Source: Chrysomallon squamiferum
Lineage: Eukaryota > Animalia > Mollusca
Assembly: GCA_012295275.1 (NCBI GenBank)
Contig: CM022665.1
Location: forward strand, 20,460,001-20,524,000
DNA length: 64,000 bases
Reading direction: 5' to 3'
Translations under genes and position numbers: made by a program
The notes under the pieces: model-generated
Told to the model about the DNA's origin: nothing
Seen by the model: the letters and a program-made list of their open reading frames with translations, nothing else
The model's database searches: none
Part shown: in pieces, positions 58,973-64,000 of the stretch
How the letters are laid out: every line of letters begins with the position of its first letter
Numbering within the stretch: the first letter of the stretch is position 1

Positions 58973-59124
58973 TGATAATAATGACAAAAAATTAAAATAA
59001 TAATAATAATAATAAATGATAATGATGATAATGAAACTGAACATTTAAATAAATAAAAAAAATTAAAATAATATTTACCGTCTGAATAGCTGAGTTTACT
59101 TCTAGCGCTTTGGTCACCCGTCAT
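54144..59124 (-). CDS. ODF3: ODF3/CIMAP1-like (SHIPPO PGP-repeat) ciliary/sperm-tail protein, 251 aa
   Basis: Minus-strand exons 59124-59079, 55281-55177, 55005-54898 and 54640-54144 (756 nt, all introns phase 1, GT-AG). Repeats SPTPSYSLPP..G..HPTKQGAPAYSFG, SPGPGAY, GPGPNVY..APSYSFG, TPGPAQY, NPGPGAY..SPGYSIG..HSE. The exact paralog within the family is not resolved. Confidence 0.9.
58038..58140 (-). mobile_element. Degenerate SINE central-domain fragment (Meta/MESC-like)
   Basis: TAGAAGCAGCAGG...TTCCCACTAACAGGAACGCATACAGCATGGCCT...TGGTTGGAAC resembles, from memory, the reverse complement of the conserved MetaSINE domain of molluscs. Not verified by search. Confidence 0.4.
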
Positions 59125-59249
59125 TTTAATTTACTGTATAGTTTGGAAGAACCAGACGTTAGCCGGAAACTAGCAACGTACTCAAAGTGAAGCGTTTTCC
59201 TGTAGGACTGCTAAATGGCTAACGACACGTCTGAGTATTCCCAGAATCC

Positions 59250-59264
59250 GTTGTCCTTGGCAAC
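59250..59264. promoter_or_regulatory. RFX X-box in the ODF3-like promoter
   Basis: GTTGTCCTTGGCAAC, one mismatch to GTNRCC-N(0-3)-RGYAAC, ~126 bp upstream of the ATG in a CpG-rich segment. Fits a ciliary gene. Confidence 0.7.
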
Positions 59265-60377
59265 CGTGTTTACTAGAGTCAGCATCAGTTAGTAGGTGTG
59301 ATATGCTAGATCAAACACTCGCTGTCTGAGACCGTATCGCCTTCACAAATAATGCACGAACGTCAACTCATACGACTGCGCAGCACGCAACGCCGTCGTC
59401 GGGAGCTTACGCCGTTCAGAAAGTGATGACATCACAACAGGAATGAACGCCAATCAACTTGTAACAAAAATGTTCTGATTAACCCTTTATGTGTCAACAA
59501 CTTGGACTTTTTTTTTTTTTCTTCTTTTTCTTTTTTCTTTTTTGTGATATATACTGGCAGGTTATGACATTGTATTTATTAATGATGTTATTCGCATTAC
59601 CTTTCGCTGTTTGCCTCGTCTGGCTATAGAAATGATATTGGCTGTTTATAACGGGGTCGACAAGTAGATACATTGTCGTCGAATTCAATAACCCACGTCG
59701 TGACAGGCCATCTCTGTAATGCTTTATCCGTGTTCGTTCTTAAACAGCCACAATGATCATAATGAAACAACAATAATAGAAAACACTTTACAACTAACAC
59801 TGCAGTGCGTGTATGGCAGATATTGACTCCTACAACACTCACTGGCTTTGTGAAGATAGTTTTAATGTTTATAACTTAGGCAGAGAGCGTCAAACACCGT
59901 TACCTTATTACCAAACGAAGCAAACTAAAATTCTTTCACTTAACGTTTTTACCTTTTTTATCTTGTTTGTTCAAGTCTTAATTTATGTTAGGATTTGCTC
60001 AAGTGAGATAAAAGATCAGTTATTATTATTACTTTTACTATTATTATTATTATAATAATAATAATTATTATTATTATACATTTCTTAATCTTGATTTCAT
60101 TGTTATTTTAGTTATTTGATTTTGTTAGTAACTGTTTCTGAGAGTATTTACACTGTGTCTGTTGTATCTTTAGAAACTGGAAAAAAAAAAAGACATGCTT
60201 CATTTAAAGAAACAATATAATTTTAATCAACGCATTCATTACGGTCGCCCAATAATTTAATATATGTATTTTCCTATATTTAAGAATACTTTTGAAAATG
60301 AAATATGGCTGGAATAGAATATGTTTTTCTTAGAAACAAATATTTTATGGGAACATGTGAAAGCCAGAGCATGATTG

Positions 60378-60466
<89 letters not shown>

Positions 60467-61342
60467 AAGTGACACAGAGAGAAATAATGAAAGAGACAGA
60501 AAGACAAAGATTTTCAGACTGCGTTCTCTTTTGTTGTCTGCAGTAGTTATGTACTAGTGTTATCGATATGACTTTATTATTCCAATATCTGAACCGATAT
60601 TTTTACATAACTGTATCTAGAGAGTATCTTATGAAGGGGAGATAATATCATCGATTAAATTATGCATGACTACTATGGGGAAAAAATATTAATAAATAAA
60701 TAAATAAATAAAAAGAAAGAAAAAATAAATATGACTGATAAGGTAGTTTCCGTAAAAAGTAATGAATAAAAGACGTAAAAATATTTCAAAAATAAAACGT
60801 GAAATTTTTTTTTTTTAAAAATGAAAAAAGAGATAAAATAGAAAGAAAGAAAGAAAAATAAAAAAAAAGAGAGAGAAAAGATAAAGAATAAAGGTGAATT
60901 ATCCTTTAAAAAAAAAAAAAAAAAAAAAAAAAATAGTCATAAAATTATTTCAAGAATAAAACGAAAAGAAAAACAAATAAATAACAGTAAAAAGGGGAAA
61001 AGAAGAAAGAGAATAAAAACAGGAACATGAAAGAATAAAGAGGAGAGAAAAAAAGAAACAAATTATCACATTATTTTTATGAAGAGAAAAAAGGACGGAA
61101 ATTAGATGAAAGAGAGAGAACAAAAAACAAAAAAAACAAAAAAAGAAAGAAAGAAATAAAAAAACCTTTTGGGGGAGGTTTATTTAAGAATTTAGTATGG
61201 CGCTCCCAGCAGAAAAGTAATATTAGACTGATTTTAATAATTTCAAGACTATTGAATATTTCAGTATTATTATTATTTTCTAAATATTACGTTTTATTTT
61301 GAGTTGTAAATTCTTCGTCTTAATATTATTTATTTATTTATT

Positions 61343-61376
<34 letters not shown>

Positions 61377-61670
61377 CTAAATTGTTGTTATTGTTTATTT
61401 TTAGTTAATTACATATATAGTTTGAAGCCTGTCTATTTTCTAACATTAGACATTATTACGTCATGTTATTACTTAATATTACTGAAATATTGGAAGATGA
61501 ATGGTTGATTGTGGCATTGTTACAAATATTCAACGTTGGTGGTCTGGCGTCATATTTTGAAATCGCTACTAACAGGAGTAACGTGTCAAAATAACATGAA
61601 TAGATGTTAATTTCTAAATGATGCAGTTTGTTCTATTTTTTTTTTTTTTTTTTTAATTAATTAATTTAAT

Positions 61671-61701
<31 letters not shown>

Positions 61702-62467
61702 TTTTTTGTTAGAAAAGAAATTAACAAATATTAATAATAAATAAGATTTCTAACAAAAGACAACTGCTACTAATATATCGGTTCTTATAATACTGAACAG
61801 TTTGGAAAGGTTTATTATTTCACGCATTGATTGAAGTTGTAATTTTACTTTATAATGAATTTCATTGAAATCAACAACGAAATAATGTTCCCCCATTTCT
61901 GAAATGGTGGATCGGTCCCTATTTTTAATCTGCATTATGTACCTGTACTGAATAGTTGAAAAGGCCTTAAACACAGAAAATAATTTTATATTCAAACGCA
62001 CGTATTTAGGCACGTACATACTAACACCACACTCAAATCCACATATATACACACTCAGAGATAAGCAAATCAGCTCGTAAAAAGGATTAAATTAAGAAAA
62101 GAAACTGTCTTTATTTTGCTGGAAAATAATAAAAGCAAACGAGGGATTACACAAACCATCAAACTACAACAAACTGCAAACACTGCGTAAATTACATCAT
62201 GGTGTAGTTTACACCACCGTCGGTCGTTTAACCAATCAACGTTTTAATAGTCCATTGTGTGTTTGTGTGCTGTAGCAATCTTTTCATAAGTGGGTTATCA
62301 AAATATTACCGACCAGTCCTATAGTTGGAGTATCATTTATAATTACAAAAATATTTAACATATTTAATTTTTTATTTATTCATTCATTCATACATTCACT
62401 CACTCATTCACTCACTCACTCATTCATTCATTCAATTTATTTATTTTTATTTATAGTATAGTTTATT

Positions 62468-62518
<51 letters not shown>

Positions 62519-64000
62519 GTCTGTTTAAGATTTATTACTACATTTATTGCATTTTAAAATTATTTTTTCTTCGCTTAAGCATATTTTTAGAATGACAAAA
62601 ATAAAAAAATAAAACAAATTACTGGCACGTTCAAACAAATTTATAAATATTCAATAATGTTAGAATTTAATGCGCGTAACAATACAAATACCCAGTCTTG
62701 TTTCCTTATTTGTTAATGTTACTTACTGCCCTCGAATAACGACAACTCGCTATGTGTGGTCACGTGATTTGTGGCCATTTTTGAGGAGACTCGGCAAGTT
62801 TGTGTTTAACGTGTTGTAAACTGAGTATTAAAACTTATATAGACATGTAGGAATGGTTTTATAGCTATCTCATTATAATGGGTAAGCATGCAGTAGGAAG
62901 TTATTTCACAATTAGGTTTAAATTTGAAGTACACTGTCATATAGACAGTAAGCAGTAAACTAGGAAGTGCCACTTGCTAAATTCGTGAAAAAATGTTAAC
63001 AACTTCCGGTTTCTTTTCGTGTGTTAGTAATATTTTTATTTTTTTAAAGTGTTTTCATGTATATTTTATTTACAAAGTATTATTTACTCTATGCGTGGAA
63101 TATCTAAAAGCATGATTATGTAATTTATTAGAAAACAGAGATTGATTGTTTTATATTAGAGTTTATTTTTAGAGAGGCTTAGACATGAACGAATAATGGT
63201 GGGAAACACGATGATTTTTGTGACAATAAACTGCAGTAGTAAAAATCTTTGTGTTGAAGTGATCTTGGTTCTAACAGTGAAAATTATTCCTTTGGCAATA
63301 GAAAATTGTATAGTAGCAACAAAAATTAATATTAATACGCATACATTACACTGAAAAGGCACAATTCAATTTTATTAGAGATTCACTACTTGTGTAATAC
63401 TGACAATAAGATTATTTGACACAAAATGCATTTTAAATTGTTCATTTACTACAATATAGAGGATAGGTGTTTCGAAAATTCAGTTAGCACCCAAAATTGT
63501 AATTATTTTCCAATTTTTTTATTGTTAATATTTAAAAAATTGCGATATTTGACTACATACAGTAAGCAGTGAAATAGGATAACTTATTTATTTACATAAT
63601 TAAAAAAACGTAGTGGCCATTTTATTACCATGATATTTTTTAATTATTTTACATAACGGTTTACAGCATAAGAAAATTTAAAATATATTGAAGCATTTTA
63701 TGAATTTGAAAAAAAAAAAAGAATAAAAAAAAATATATATGAAAGTTTGTTGATAATATTTAACTTACAGACTATATTCTTAGAGCAAGAGATATTTTTA
63801 TTATCATTCCTTATCCAGGAGATCACTTAATAGGAATCACTGAGAATAGACAATAACATAACAGTATTGTCTCAGTGATGTGTATCACTTCTGCCATTAC
63901 TTAATATTTACCCACAACCGATTTCATATACATTTTTACTAACACCTGTCAGTTTGTTGCATAACTATTGTATTCTTTATATTTTATCTTACATTTATCT

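Overview
AT-rich, microsatellite-dense animal genomic DNA with spliceosomal introns. The repeat types suggest an invertebrate, possibly a gastropod mollusc (inference). No prokaryotic features, CRISPR arrays, tRNAs or rRNAs were found. I spliced six genes by hand with phase-consistent GT-AG junctions: SON (RS region, G-patch and dsRBM, + strand, with an apparent 1-nt homopolymer frameshift), TANGO2 (+), GSKIP (+), a membrane-anchored GH3-domain protein (GHDC-like, +), a two-exon class A GPCR (+), and an ODF3/CIMAP1-like ciliary gene (-) with an RFX X-box. There is also a head-to-head pair of small, uninterrupted, paralogous ORFs of unknown family, three Tigger/pogo-type MITEs and many minisatellites. 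Three observations stand out. (1) The GPCR has melatonin-receptor-like motifs but carries a Lys at the opsin retinal-binding position (K296/7.43) and an Asp at the E181-equivalent position, and a ~60-bp tandem array of CACGTG E-boxes follows it directly. (2) The SON intron before the G-patch exon holds several stop-generating acceptors and two strong hairpins, a candidate autoregulatory module. (3) The unknown paralog pair flanks a CRE-rich spacer. All family assignments are by eye and from memory; no database searches were run.
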